From Ophelia neglecta (lineage: Eukaryota): a DNA stretch of 64,000 bases. Positions 36,847-50,437 of this stretch are shown in pieces (position 1 is the first letter of the stretch; the number at the start of each line of letters is the position of its first letter). Where the stretch lies: NCBI GenBank assembly GCA_965285935.1, contig OZ260663.1, positions 27,528,001 through 27,592,000 on the forward strand, given 5' to 3'. The notes beneath the pieces are model-generated. The model made no database searches. It had not been told where the DNA came from and was given only the letters and a program-made list of their open reading frames with translations. The position numbers were made by a program, and so were the translations under genes.

Positions 36847-39800
36847 AGAAATGATAGTTTCCAGGGCAAGTAACTGTTTGGAGAGCGCGAACATAGTTCC
36901 AGGAAGGCCAAATATGGAGGACTTATTTCAAGAATATTATTATTCAAATTTGTAGGCGATAATTTATAGACATTTGAAGGCTTAGAATCCTGAAAATGGT
37001 GTCTTTCCAGTGCAGTATACCAGCATACAATGTCCAAATACACCTGCCCCCCCCCCCCTCCACCGCCCCCCCCCCCGGGCGCCCCCCGCCCGCGCACCTC
37101 CACCAACTCCCTTCATACAAGTTGCATACAAATGCATTATTATCAAGTCCAGTTTCAACATGCATCGTATCAAAATATGGAATCCCATGAAAGACAATAC
37201 GATTCAAGCCTCGGCAGATCCATCTCTAACTATCAGTAGATGGTGTAGCGTTCGTTTGTGACAACCTGTGTCATCAATGAATTGATTAGGCCTAGTTCCT
37301 TTCTCCAGGCCTATTCAACACAATATTTTAATTCAGATTTGTCATCAGAAGTCTTCTACTTTACCATGGTTAAATGAACGATGGCGACATCTGGTTAACT
37401 TGATCGACATTTAATTACTTGTCTTGGACTGAATCTCACGGGCGTGCAACTAACAGGCTTGATAAAGCGCTACCAAAAAGTGTCGCCATCTGCAGGCAAC
37501 CGTCGATATACAGCGCAAGTAGTTTTAGGAGCTGCGCTCACAGTTATTTTTTGTTACTGCTTCAATGGATGTACGTTTACTGTTTACACTTAACAATTAT
37601 TTTTTTGCTTTAGAATTTATCAAAGTAATTAGTTTAATAAATGCTGCAAAACTAGCAGAGTATTTGACAAGATCCAGTTTGAATGAACTGCAGGCTTACC
37701 AAACATTCAGGCAACAACAGGTCAGCGAAGCAAACGGCCAAAACTCTTATCAATATTGAACAAGAGTAGTTTACGGAATGGCGGGAGTCCTGTCTGAGAG
37801 AGCAGCGCTGTTATTCTTAGGTTCGTCCTGAACGATACAATATCCGCATTATAATCCAAATTTGGAACATTGTTATACAATTTTAACCTTTACAACAGAA
37901 TGATTAATTTTAGCCCATAAAACTCACGACTCAATTTATTAGCAAGTACTCAGAATTTTATTAGCCTCTTGGTCTAAATCCAGCAACATAAATATGACGT
38001 TATTAAGACTAAATTTGTATACACATTTTCTAAGAGATTATAAATGTTTCCTTCCAGTAAACCATGTGTGGTTGTAATGATCAGGTTATTTTACTGTCCA
38101 TTTGCTGATGAATACAGGACTGTTTGTTTAATAATTCGTGGCTTATATTGTAAACGCTACGCGTGAAGGTTTTCAAGGTTAGATCTAACCCTTCAAGGAA
38201 GCTTTAGGGCGAATATTCAGCCCAGCGAACTAATGGCAAAAGATCAGACCGGAAGTGGTTTTCAGCATTTACTGCAAAACTGTGTCCAGATAAACTTTTA
38301 ATGTTTTCTGTATTCAGGATCTAGTGGTTGACTGAACTCGTGCTACTATTTCCTACTGTTGTAAGACCCGACTTGGCTTATAATTATGAATTATTTTAAT
38401 TATAAGAAGAACCCAATTTTGCATAGGCCTACACATTATTCCAGCTGCAGTGCATCCCTTTTTTGCACTTTGTATACCAACTACTCCGTCGATAAGACTA
38501 GTTGGTATGCATTTTAATGAAGCATATGTATACGTTTCGCAAAAAAACCGAAAGTCGCATCATACCCGAGGAGCCAACTTAAATCAATCTGTGACATGTG
38601 TTCATCTCATTAAACAACACTACGAGTCTATAGGCCTGCTGGTGAGGATCGGTCTTCACTGTGGTTAGGAGCGGAGTTCTGCAATATTGAATTTTTAAGT
38701 TTTTAGACCAAATTATACACTACAATCAAAACAGCTAGTGCCTGTTTATAATGAGCTCTGTATTCTAAGTCTACAACTCTAAAGGGCACATAGGGGATGG
38801 TATAATAATGGCGCCGCCAGCTTTCAGAGAGCGAGGCGGATTTTACAGTTTTAAACATGGAATATGAAAAACGCCTATTTATACATGGAATAATATCTTA
38901 AATGTCCATGACAGGTTCCCTTTTAAACCCTGCACATCCTATTTTGATGCTGTTATTAAAGCAGAAAATAGGAAAGTAGTTGTTCTTTGTAAATGTCGTC
39001 TGCTTTGAAGTGACGTGTTTCGCCTGTGACTGGTCCTGTTCATTACGTCAGAAAATAAGAATGGAGTATGCCTACATTCTTGTGTTTGATTTAAACCTAA
39101 GTCACGGGCATGTGCAAAGCCATTGTTATTTTCTGTCTTTAGTCTAAAACTCCCATAACCCCACTGCAGGTTGCTCATTAAGTATCCCCCCCCCCTCCTC
39201 CTCCTCCCCCGTGTGCGAAAACTAAAATAACTCTATTTGAGGTTTTTCTACCATACTTAACAACGGCAACGAGTTTCCTCGTAAAATCTCTCCCTACATC
39301 TATCTTTCGTAGGCCTACTGCCACTGTGAGCAGGGTAAGGTTATCATTGGGTGACAATTATATCTTGGCTACTTCCGTCCATGACAAGTTAATGTCGTTT
39401 CTTATGAAAACTTCAGCCAAGTTTATGCATTGAGCCACTTTTTTTTATTATATGGGGCTGGTGGTGGAGCTCTTAGAGGTCGCCGTTTATATATTAATAA
39501 ACATTTATGATTATCATCATATTTAAGTGTTATGACCTGAGACAGAAAATAACTTCGTTCTTTAAACAATTTGTTTTTGCCTTGGGCACTGGTCTGAGGC
39601 AAAAAATATCCAAAAAACTCGTATAATGTGTAATGTAGAACAAGGTGCGCGTACACATCGGGCGAGATTATAATTGTGAAAACTTTGTTGACTGATGTCC
39701 TGTCTGGTCAGTCATTGTGATTAAACAATATGGTTACCTAGCAGTGATGTTTTATTTTGCGAAATAACAAAGCAATGGGCAGCAGGCAGGAGGTTCCATT

Positions 39801-40219
39801 AAAAGTATTTAGGCTTAGAGTAGGCCTTTATAGGCTGGGACGACATGTAGGCTTAGAGTATATAGGCTGGGACGGCATGTATAGGCTTAGAGTATATATG
39901 TTGGAGAAGCTTGGACATGGGGGGTGGGGGAGTTTGGAGTTTGGGGGTGGGGGGGGGGGGGGACTCAGCCTACATTGGGGTTCGGGCAGGATATTATCTT
40001 CCCCTAAGCACTGACATGGATATGGGGAAATATATAACCCAAACCTGACATGTATCATTTAATATGTCCCTAATCGCACACCAACGTTTTTTGAACGCCG
40101 ACATTTTTGATCGCTTGACGTCGCCACAATATATTGTGTTAGAAGTATCCCGACAAGGAAAAAGGGGCTGCAGTTATAGTCAACTGTCACACGACTTCTA
40201 TCCACAAAGAAAAATATAT

Positions 40220-40446
40220 GGTGGCTTCCCGGTCACCGAAACCGCAATAAAGCAGAAAAAGGGACCCTAAATACCGACTTTGAGACTAAGTCCTACCGCT
40301 TTTCTTCCAAAATGCTTGAAAAAAGGACCCCTAAACGCGGGTCAGCGCGGGTCAGTGTCTGAGGCGAAAAAGCATAACCTTTCCCGCGCTTTTTTGTACG
40401 GACATGACTACACATTCTCCCGATGCCCCCCCCCCCCCCCGGGGGG
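40220..40446. mobile_element. Probable non-autonomous DNA transposon fragment ending in poly-C-GGG
   Basis: Internal direct repeats (AAAAAGGGACCCTAAA / AAAAAGGACCCCTAAA) and a terminal CCCCCCCGGG. Similar CCCGGGGGG ends occur near 8846 and 37075. Confidence 0.4.
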
Positions 40447-41372
40447 TCGGTGTCCTTTATGGAGTGTGTGTGCCCGTCTTAGATAGGGTGGACACACACT
40501 GCCTCGGCCTTTTGTTGACTTGGTGATGTGTTTTACGATTTGCCGGTGACAGTATTATATTATAGAGGACAGCGTAGGCAGGGCTGTGCAGTCGGTGGTG
40601 ATCGCCTGGTGATGTTCGCTAATCGATCCAGCTTCGCCACTAATGTGCAATCCCTGTTCGGAGCACCTCCCATCCCCTGTCTTCCTGTCTACCCTTACTA
40701 ACGCCGGCAATCCCTCCCCGCCCCAAGCCAAGTCAGATCCGAGGGGTAGCCGCTCCGGCAAAAAACAGCACCGCCGTGGCTAATTCAGGCTCTCGCCCCC
40801 GAGCGATATTTATAATGACAGGTAGTCGTGAGTGCTTGGCAATATTCATTTGTGCTTCTGAAGTCACCCTCAAGTTGAAATATCAGCTAGAGAGTAGCAA
40901 CGCCCCCTAGGCCGACGGGGTATAGAGTGAGATTTGCCCGAACGAAATACACCTACAATAGAGCGGCAAATATGTGCTCAGCTACTGTATCTCTCGACTA
41001 GAAAACTAAATTTAAGCAGGTATATAATAAGGAGAAAACTGAACCCGATAGGCCTACTTAGAATCATCTAAGCTCCAATTTATATTATAAAAAAGTGTTA
41101 TCGCAGGCCTAGATAGACGGTGATCTATATTATAAACCAATGTATATTTATACTGTCATGTATTAATTTACACCGAAGGTCTGTGCCTATATGTTAATAC
41201 GCTTGGAAGGATACACTCAGAATAGCACAACATGTTTAGTGCGGTCGCATGTCCTAATGTCATTTATTTTCGAGACAGACTAAGAGAGACCCCCCCCCCC
41301 TGCCCCTCGACTGTTGACAAACTGTTCCTGCTAGTCGCTGTCCACTTATAGCAGCCGTCTTATCTTTTGCAG

Positions 41373-41621
41373 ATCGCCGAGACTTACTCTTTCCTGCCAA
41401 GAGAAGCAGTGACACGGTTTCTGATGTCATGCTCAGATTGCCAGAAGAGAATGCACCTTTCCATGGAAACCAACAATAACGGGAACACTCCCGAGAGCCA
41501 CGTGACTGACGACCCTCCAATCATCGACTTCAGTCTGCCTATCACCACAGCCTACCTAAATCACATGAAAACAAAAAAAGGCTTCCTGGATGAAAACTAC
41601 GTGTATCACGCCGACGGAGAG
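41373..41621 (+). CDS. NOL4: NOL4-family coding exon 3 (83 codons, phase 0/0)
   Basis: Acceptor tcttttgcag|ATC and donor GAG|GTAAGC. Encodes IAETYSFLPREAVTRFLMSCSDCQKRMHL...IDFSLPITTAYLNHMK, matching NOL4 ISESYAFLPREAVTRFLMSCSECQKRMHL and the downstream ID-x-x-x-PIT-x-x-Y motif. Confidence 0.95.
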
Positions 41622-42399
41622 GTAAGCACCGCACTTTTCACACTAGTTTTTTTCCAGCCACATTTCATTTGTCAATGCTCGTCCTTATTGATTTAAAAGT
41701 CTGTATCATGTTGGTTATTGCTTTTCGGCAATAGGCCTTCAGTGTAAATGATTAAATCGTACTCGACTATTGTCGAGGATTACACAAATCAGACTTAGCC
41801 TATATAGTGTGATTGTTTTGCTTTTTATAGGGAATGCTTTATTTACCATTGATATATAAGTTATGGGCATGTATTGGCAGAGTATAAGTGGGGGCCATTA
41901 TTCAAAACATTGTTAATGAAAATAAACATGTCCACTCGTGGAATTATTTAAAGGAAAAACAACTACCAGGTCATCTAGAAAGCTTATTTCTGGGATACAA
42001 TTCAAGTGGCTAGGTTAGACTTGTATTGATAATTGCAGGAGTAAGGGTTCCATTTAACCCTGATAATACAGAATGAACGTTTTGAGAATTGAGAGGGTCA
42101 AGCGTTGGAAAGAATTGAGAAACATTTACCGAGAAAAGGTAGAATTTGAATTAAGAAGTGCGATTGAAGCGGCTTATAACATTTCCTCCTTAAGACAATG
42201 GGATTATCGGTTGGAAATTAAGTTTTTTTTTGCATGAATGTTTTCCCTTAATGAGGTGCTGTGAATTCTTTGAAAGGGTTTCTGTTGCTTGCACAGTGGA
42301 GCCTCGTTTGTAAGATAAAGTGCAGATACATGAAAATTGATTGTGTATTTGTAGGCAAACTGACATTTGGACCACCATCAAATTGGTCCGCGTCGGTAA

Positions 42400-42660
42400 A
42401 AAATGATAGGCGGAGGTAGGTGGGTGGTGACTACAAACGGTAGGCGTTGGTAGGCAGTGGTAAAAAGGGTAGGCGGTGATAAACAAGTGTCAGGCGGTGA
42501 AAGGTGGTAGTAAAAAATAGTCGGTGTAAGAGGATGGAATAAAATGATGGTTGGAGCTAGACGGTGGCAAAAATTGGCAGTGGTAGACGATGGTAAAAGA
42601 TGGTAGGCGATGGTAAAACAGTAGGCCTAAACGGTGCAAGGGGATGGCGAAACGTGGTTG
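42400..42660. repeat. Degenerate G/A-rich tandem repeat (GGTAGGCGGTGGTAAAA-like)
   Basis: Recurrent GGTAGGCG and TGGTAAAA motifs. Confidence 0.7.
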
Positions 42661-44634
42661 TTATTGTAACAGTGGTCTAAGAGTCACTAAGTCTACTTGT
42701 AGGAGCTTGTAGGCCCAGCATATTTCGAACAATGAACCGATCATTGTTGCAGCTAGTTTTGGAAGGTAAATCGATCTTTGCTGACCACAGTTGATCTGCT
42801 CGGTAAGTGTCGGTGAGGTTATGGAACTACGCCGACTGACGCTCCGGGTCCCTTGCATCAGATAAGCCTCAAGCCCTCGCCGCCATTGTCTTTAGGTGGT
42901 ATCTGTACTATCCGCCCCTGCTCTACAGGCTGGTCGTTTGGCTGACAAGGCTTCCGCGCCAAGAAATACGCCGTGACGTAGAGTGTCTCCTCTTGCCTCC
43001 AGCCCCAGTCCCCGCACACGGCAAGGCGGCCCTCTCAAGTTTTGTCGTCAACAAATAGCGGTGCCTAGCAACCTCCCTTGCCGTCTTGGAGCTGGTGCAT
43101 GGTCCTGTCACTTGCCATCGCGAGGCCCTTGATGGGAGAGCCTTGGTAAGGGTACACGAGGCAGCACTGGGCCTCAACCATGATTTGGGTCACACTCGTG
43201 GCATGAGCGAACGCTCTTTATGTGGCAAAACAAGGTGGATCTTCGAGGTTGATTACATTCTCTTTAGGGCTCTCATCGCTGGGCGAGCCGAAGAATTCTT
43301 CTTTACGTGAGAAAACCATCCCCATTTATTATGTTCACGGCCAATACTATCTTTACGGGACCAAGCACACTATAGACCGGTCATATTTTACCCTTCCCTC
43401 CCCCTTAAAACATAAATGCCATTCAGGGGAAATGCAAACATTTCAAGGAACAATATGCACTATGAAATAAAGGGCTCTGTTTGGTTTAAAAAAACGACAG
43501 TCCTAGTTAATATAATGTAAGTCAACGCATCGAGTGCACTTTGTGGCCAGGGGTGAATTGGAATCTTATAAAATGTAATGATATCCACATTTGATGGTTC
43601 ATCTTGGTACAACCCTTTCTTTAAACCAATGTTTAATAAAGACAGGAACTTTTTATATTTTTGTTATTAGGTATTTCATTTTACCATTCAAAACGTGTTA
43701 GCTGAGGAAAATTATATATCTACAACTTTATTGGGCCGAATCATGCGAGTTTGCCCGCGACGTTAGTCGAGGGTGATATATTTTGCTGAAGGTCAGTAAG
43801 GATTACTTTCCTACTTAGAGGAAGGCAGTATTAGGTTAATTTCTTTCGTTTGGAATCTTTCTAAGAAATATATATTTCCAACTATGCAGATTTGAAGCGC
43901 TGTCATGCAATCTGGCAAGTAGTATTTAATATACTGCTCGCACCTCAACAACCTCCACTGCTCACGGAGATGCAATTAACTGTCCCCTTTTCCGCTTCAG
44001 TAGCAAGCCCACTCGCAATCTGATTTAAGTATGCAGGTCATTTTATATATTTATCATCTTAAAAACAGCTATTTCAAAGCCAGCAATATGCAGGCCCTTG
44101 TCCACAGTACAAACAATACCCGCCGTATGTCTACCATAACATCAGACCTATCGAGAGACATGTTTTAAGTGGAGGAAACGCAGAGAACTGTTTACTTTAA
44201 AGTGGAATTTTAAACGCGTCCGGTCAGTTTCGGAATGGTGAATCACCGTCCACCAAGCAAAAAGGGTGGAAAAATATATATAATTTGGCACTTACGACAT
44301 TATGGCAATACGAGTATTTGTTGACATGATCGGTGATCAACCAATCAGAGGAGCCTATCCTACATACATAGCTTGGCCATCAGTACGATTAACTCCTCTC
44401 TGGGATGTTTACCCTCCGCATCTCGAAAGGCAAAGGTCATGTAAATCAACAGTGTTATTTGAACATTCGGCATCGCAAATGCTCGTCCGGCTCGTCCCAA
44501 TATGCCCAAAAGACACCTATTTCATCCAGGGTATACTTTCAAGGTAAAGCGAAATAAGGTCGCTTTATCTCCTTATCCTTAACATACGGGAACACCCGCT
44601 AAGCCCTGTTGCTCTTGTCGACTGAGGACACAAT

Positions 44635-44790
44635 GGGGTAGGGGAGGGATACGATAGGGGAGAGGTAGGGGACGCGGTTGGGGAGGGACGCGGTTGGGCA
44701 GGGAGGCGGTAGGGGTATCGGAGGAGGTAGGGGTTTTGGAGGCGGTAGGGGAGGAAGGCGGTAGGCGAGATAGTGGGGGAAGGTGGCGAC
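44635..44790. repeat. G-rich degenerate tandem repeat (GGAGGCGGTAGGGG-like)
   Basis: Recurrent GGTAGGGG and GGACGCGGTTGGG units, just before the assembly gap. Confidence 0.7.
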
Positions 44791-44867
44791 CCTTTATTGT
44801 ACCAGACTTAATTTTCGGCGGAAGTATGGTCTCCGGCAATTAGGCATCCGCTTAACTATTGAACTAT

Positions 44868-45120
44868 NNNNNNNNNNNNNNNNNNNNNNNNNNNNNNNNN
44901 NNNNNNNNNNNNNNNNNNNNNNNNNNNNNNNNNNNNNNNNNNNNNNNNNNNNNNNNNNNNNNNNNNNNNNNNNNNNNNNNNNNNNNNNNNNNNNNNNNNN
45001 NNNNNNNNNNNNNNNNNNNNNNNNNNNNNNNNNNNNNNNNNNNNNNNNNNNNNNNNNNNNNNNNNNNNNNNNNNNNNNNNNNNNNNNNNNNNNNNNNNNN
45101 NNNNNNNNNNNNNNNNNNNN
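44868..45120. other. Assembly gap (253 N)
   Basis: Run of n characters. Confidence 1.
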
Positions 45121-48100
45121 GCCACTTGACTCTCTCCCCTCTGCCATGGACCAACCTTCATTGATGTAACTTGTTAAGTAACTACACGGTAGATCAATTA
45201 AGTCAGGGTCCTCTGCTGGCATGGCGGCCTGGCAAGGTACACAATTGATTGGTTGAGTCTGTCGTAAACTTGGATGCCAGCTCTCTCAAACCGGCGTGTT
45301 TGTGCCGCCATTGTACCGCAGTTTGTACTTCTGTCGTCATACCCCACTCGATGTAGGATGGCGGTCACCTTGTGCCAACTGACAATGCAGTATTACCTGT
45401 CGCCTGCCCATCGCATTAAGCAACACCGATGGCTAATTAATTAAGCTACCCAGGAGGTACCACTCCTGTTGCTCCCCGTTTGCCATTGGCGAGTGGTGAA
45501 AATTGATTTAGCGGTTTTTCAGCCAGCGATCCCCCTCGCTCAGCGTCGGTATGATTAGCTGAGCAGACGAGCTATTCCAGGCCGTCTGCCGTATTGAAGG
45601 GAGGAGTGTCTTCTTTCCGTCTTCCCACGAACACGTTGCCTCATCACACACGATGGGTATCACTGCCTCTTGGAGCCATACCACTCCGCTCATACCTGTT
45701 GATTTTCACACCTCACCCACCTTGTCTACTGCCATTGTACAAGGTATCTGCTTTTTGAGAGAAAGCCTAACAACTAAATAAAGTGCGTACGTTTCGTGGA
45801 AATATAAAAATGAATTCCACTAGCCCCATATCGACTTGCACAGATTCTTGGCGCACAATGAGAGATTTATCGGACTCGGCGGTACCCTATTGGACCTGCC
45901 ACGATGTTGAATGTGGCCGCTGTATAAGGAATCGTATTTCAATCTCTCTGATTGAAATCTATGTTTTTACAAAGTCGCTTCCAAAATAGATGATCGTTTT
46001 ACTCAAGTTATAAAGGAAAGTGTTGAACTTTAAGTTTGATGGCGGCTGCTGCCGACAGGTATATTATGTACAGAGACACCCGATACCTTTGTGGAAAACT
46101 AGGAACAATAAAGATGATTTCTGTTGGTTTCATCGAATACGACGCTCCCTTATGCAAATGAAATTTGTAGGTCTATAGAAGACCCGCCTGTTGTAAACGG
46201 GTGAGAGGCAAGGTGCAAATATATAGCAACCGCTAAGAAACCGGAAACTACCCAATTTGTGCAGCTTGCTCGCGATCGACAATAAAGAAATGGACGTCTT
46301 GATACACCTTTGCCTTGGCGTGTTGCGGGGATGAGCAGTGGCACAAGAGAGGCTTGCTGGTCTCCCCCCTCGGCTCAGTATATAGCAGACACTACAGGAA
46401 CATTTCTCTTTGGATGTCAGCGGTGGCCGCCGGGTTTCCGGGCCATGTCGAGCAAGGTGGAGCGGGATGTTCATCACGAGATGGGGTCATTTGTAACCCC
46501 CCGGCCTGCCAGGGTTCTGTCTCTCCAGGGAAAACGGCACATTTCTCCTCATACCCAGCCGCCGTATGCTTTCCTAGCCCCTTCACCCTCCTCTCAGTCT
46601 CTTAGCTCTACAGCCATAAATAAATGTTTAAAATACGTATTTAGACCAGGTCTAAATAAAATTACTCTGAGGTGTTGAATCCGTTAGAAGTCTAGTCCGA
46701 TTTGATATCACAAACCTGTAATGTCTCAATTGTTGACAAGTGTACGTGTACGAAAGTAATGGCCATATAGTTATTCTCCTCCGCCAAGAGTGATACGAGT
46801 TTGTGTTTACATTAATCAAGTTATTTAGTCTAATTTAAGTTAAATGGTCGATACCCTCACTCTATTTCATTGCAGAGGAGTTCAGTAACGATACAGGTTT
46901 ATCTTGAGTGTCCCAGTAATAGTTTAAAGGTAATTCTATAAAGCCTTTGTCCGCTTTTCAGAAATGTCGTCTGCTACAATTAAGGACGCACCTGAAGGTC
47001 TGATTGTTATAACCGTTCCGCTATATATATGGAGATGATATGGATTGCATAAATCTTTTCCTTTGTGACATAAGCGCTGTGCCTGTAAAAACTGCTTTCA
47101 AATGGTATACAATTGCTTATTCCAGTGTAACACGCGTATGGGATTTCATGTTGAGTATATAATTTTGGCTTGTCAAGGATCCTTTATGGTTAAAGAAGGA
47201 GAACACTTCAGCCCTGGCCAGCCACATGGTTTTTTTTGCACCAGTTCCATTGTAAATTAAACGGATGCAAATCTGTCAGGGATCACATCCACTGCAATGA
47301 GCACAAGGGACAGGACTTGGTAGTCAAGTTATATTAAATCTTTGTTCTGTTAATATACGGAATGGATATAAGGAACTATTGACTCAGCCACAGTTCTGTA
47401 AAAGGAGTCTCCCTCTCCACATGCTTGTACATCACATCTACATAGGTAAATGCAATCCAAGAAAATGAAGACAATTTAGCGGTGTCTCTGCTTACTCATC
47501 AAGGGGCCTTGATCTGTACCTACCGTAGCGGCGGGGGTCGGGGCGGTGGGTGTGTGGTTGGGGAGAATTCCAGAAATATCGAATCTGATGTTAATACTAA
47601 AACCAAAATATTCTCAACTTGATTTTCTTAAACTATAGCCGAAGGCTATTTATATAAATTCTTCTATTTAAAAGAAAAAAACCTGTTGAAGCAGTTTAAA
47701 TAGAACCGCCCCTGGATATCAGCTTGAAAGGGTACATGCCATGGAGACTCGTTTAAATCTAGTTCACTCCCGTGGAGTTTTTAAATAACCTGAAGCTGTA
47801 GCCATGGCTATACAGTCCATGACTGCAGTCCTGAAAACAAATAGACAAAACAGTGTACTGGGGTAATAAACTTAGCCTTAACCAATTCATATGCATGCAC
47901 ATTAAACATGACTTTTTTTTATATAATCATAGACACTATATATTATTTTTCAATCGAATATGGTCTTGAAAATTGCGGAGTTAAAAAGAAGGGGATGAAG
48001 TTAACGGTCCATTGGTAACAATATGACTCGATTTTTGAGAGGTGAGATGACTCCTTACACGCCGCTCCCAGCCCACACCACTTCGGTCTAAGCTAAATCA

Positions 48101-49333
48101 CCCAACCGTCGGACCACTGACGTCCCGAAGACAACCTAAACCTTCCCCATCAACCCCACACTCTTACCGCCTACAAACATGCGTGCATCTCCTTGACGGT
48201 GTGTGTCACGTGGTATATATGGTCATGACGGTATTGGATGGGTTCTACCGAGTCCTGGGAGGTTAGCCCCCTGACTCGGTTCCTGACGGGGTGTGATGGG
48301 TCCCTCCTGGTGGGGGGCTATTAATATAAAGACCTAAGAGAACCACTAAGGTACGGTCCGGACAAAGTTCGGATTGAGTGGGCAGCCTTATTGGGTTTCC
48401 ATCGGGCTCGGTTTTATTGCCGAAAAACTCGGTTTGTCTGTAAATGTCCGCGCCGCGGGCCTCGCGGACCCGTTCATGTGTCGCCTGTATGTGTGTCAGC
48501 TCCAAGCGGGAACCAAGTGGGCCTTGTGAATAATTTAGGCGCTGTGCCATTATTGGAACAGGGTCCCCTTGGCACCCGTGTATTATGCATGAGTTAGCGG
48601 GAAGTTGCCTCGGATGACTCCACGCTGCATACTCTTTAACCGGCTCACCTTTGGACCCACATACGGCCTCATTCAGCGCCACCGGAACCCGAGCCGGACT
48701 CACTCGGCCGGCCGTCTGTTCGCCACATAAAGCCAGGACGGGCACAAATCGATATCAGCCAGACTCGCCATAGAGCCACCGACATGCCAGGGGTGTAGCT
48801 TGTAGACGAGAAAATCACTTTAGCGAGTCCTCCTTTTCAACTCGCTCACCCGCACAGGTGTCGTCTGCACAAGCAGGGCCAGCCGGCTCATCATTCTGTG
48901 GTACTCCAACGCATGCGTGGAGGGTGTCACGCGCTCCTCTGCATGCCATACGGTACAGAGTATTTGGCCAGCTAACCAACCGGTTGTGTATGCTCTACTT
49001 GCAAGCTGGTGCAACCTCTAGTAGGGAGAATATTATTTCATCTTTATTTGCGCGGTGTGCCTCACTTTAGCCGCTGAGCGGTCGATACCGAGAGAGCAAG
49101 ATAAGTGTACCTGCGCCGGCCCGGACAATTAATTACCGCCAGCAGTAGTGGCATGAGTGAGAGGCAGCAGGCAGGTCCGGAGAAGAAAAATACAGATTAC
49201 AGACGGCAAGAGTCGCCTTTATTTGGTTGAAGAGACACAAGGGTGCTCGCAGGCTGCTTGCTGCACCCTCCACTGGAGTCGCTCCCCTATATGGCAAAGC
49301 GCGCCAAACCACTGTTACAGACGACATTGTGAC

Positions 49334-49504
49334 TCAGTTCTGCTGGAGAAGTTGAGCGGACAGAGCGGCATTGACTACAAACACCAACAACTAGCAAGCC
49401 AAGACCGACGGGAAGGGGCCAATATCTGGCCTGCTAGTTCGACTGGCAACTTGTTGAGAAGACCAAGACTACAATAGGGAAAGCTGGTCGTACAAAGCCC
49501 TCAG
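49334..49504 (+). promoter_or_regulatory. Candidate internal promoter and non-coding alternative first exon
   Basis: Initiator-like TCAGTT at 49334-49339, about 170 nt with no ATG and no pyrimidine-tract acceptor, then a strong donor CAG|GTAAGA at 49505 followed by GT-rich sequence. It lies within a CpG-rich island. Confidence 0.4.
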
Positions 49505-50437
49505 GTAAGAACAGGGAGGGCGGTTACTAGTTATTGTGCGCCTCTTGTGCGTGGGTTTGGTATCACAGGGTTGGTGGTCATCCGCTGTGTGTTATCGTGT
49601 GTGTGAGGTGTGTGTGTTAGGTAATTCGGCTGACACGGTGAGAGGGAGAACGTGGTCGGTTGGCAGCGGCTGTGCAGAAATTACTCAGGTGGTATTGATG
49701 GCTGGCGGTACATGGTAGCTCAGCGCATCGTCTTGGCGGTCGGCTTTAACATGGCGGCCAATGGTTTTAGTGGGGTGCCTTTGCCTGAACGTGAGCACGG
49801 TGTGTACTCTCGCCTACTCCTTTTGTCTTTAATGAGCAAGGGTATACATTTCGCGGTCGGCTGTCGTCTGCCGAAAACAGCCTCCGGTCTGGGCGCCGAT
49901 GGTTCTGGCCTAATATCGTGATTTGACCGTTGAGCGAGGCTTCAAGGCAGCTAATTTTGGCGTTTGTCGCTTGCAATACACCGCTGCCTTTTTTCAATGA
50001 TTGCTTACACCCATATGATCGGCAGGGGGGCCCAACTTATTAAGTAAAGATTTAGAGAGAACCCCAAGTTGTAGTGAGGCGGATTCATGACCTGTGCACA
50101 GTGCTGTGGGCATGGTCGAATGTCTATGTTAAAGCCGACAGCTTGTTCACCGAAACAAGGGAAGGGCTAAGTAATGGTGAGGCGTCACTCACTAGCAGTC
50201 AAATCGATTTGGGTAACCTAGGCCATGTTACCCATCAGGAGTGTTTTTGCTCAAAGACTGGTGCCAAACTCAAAGTGAGGTAGTCTTACAGTAGCCAAGC
50301 GGTCAGAAGAAGGCAGTACAGGCTTGTTTATGATGGGGTGAGGAGAGGGGAGGTGGGCACAGTGTTGTAGAGCTCCAAATCTGTCCCATTCTTAAAGGAA
50401 AAGGCAGGTGGACTCAATTAGATCTCTCTTAGAATCT

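Larger units (their letters stand above)
24065..41372 (+). other. NOL4 intron 2 (17,308 nt, GT-AG, phase 0)
   Basis: The junction reads RTYRA|IAETY, colinear with NOL4 RTYKA|ISESY. Confidence 0.92.

Noticed and set aside
36944-37207. Minus-strand ORF containing MHVETG, identical to six residues of vertebrate NOL4 exon 2
   Set aside because: Wrong strand; the real local exon reads VHVEMDG; flanks do not align. About one 6-residue match to a protein of this size is expected by chance in a six-frame translation of 64 kb.
44783-45222. ORFs spanning poly-X
   Set aside because: Artefacts of the 253-N gap.
46876-46896. 21-nt in-frame microexon after a good acceptor (tctatttcattgcag|)
   Set aside because: The donor GTTTAT is poor, and such acceptors are common in AT-rich introns.
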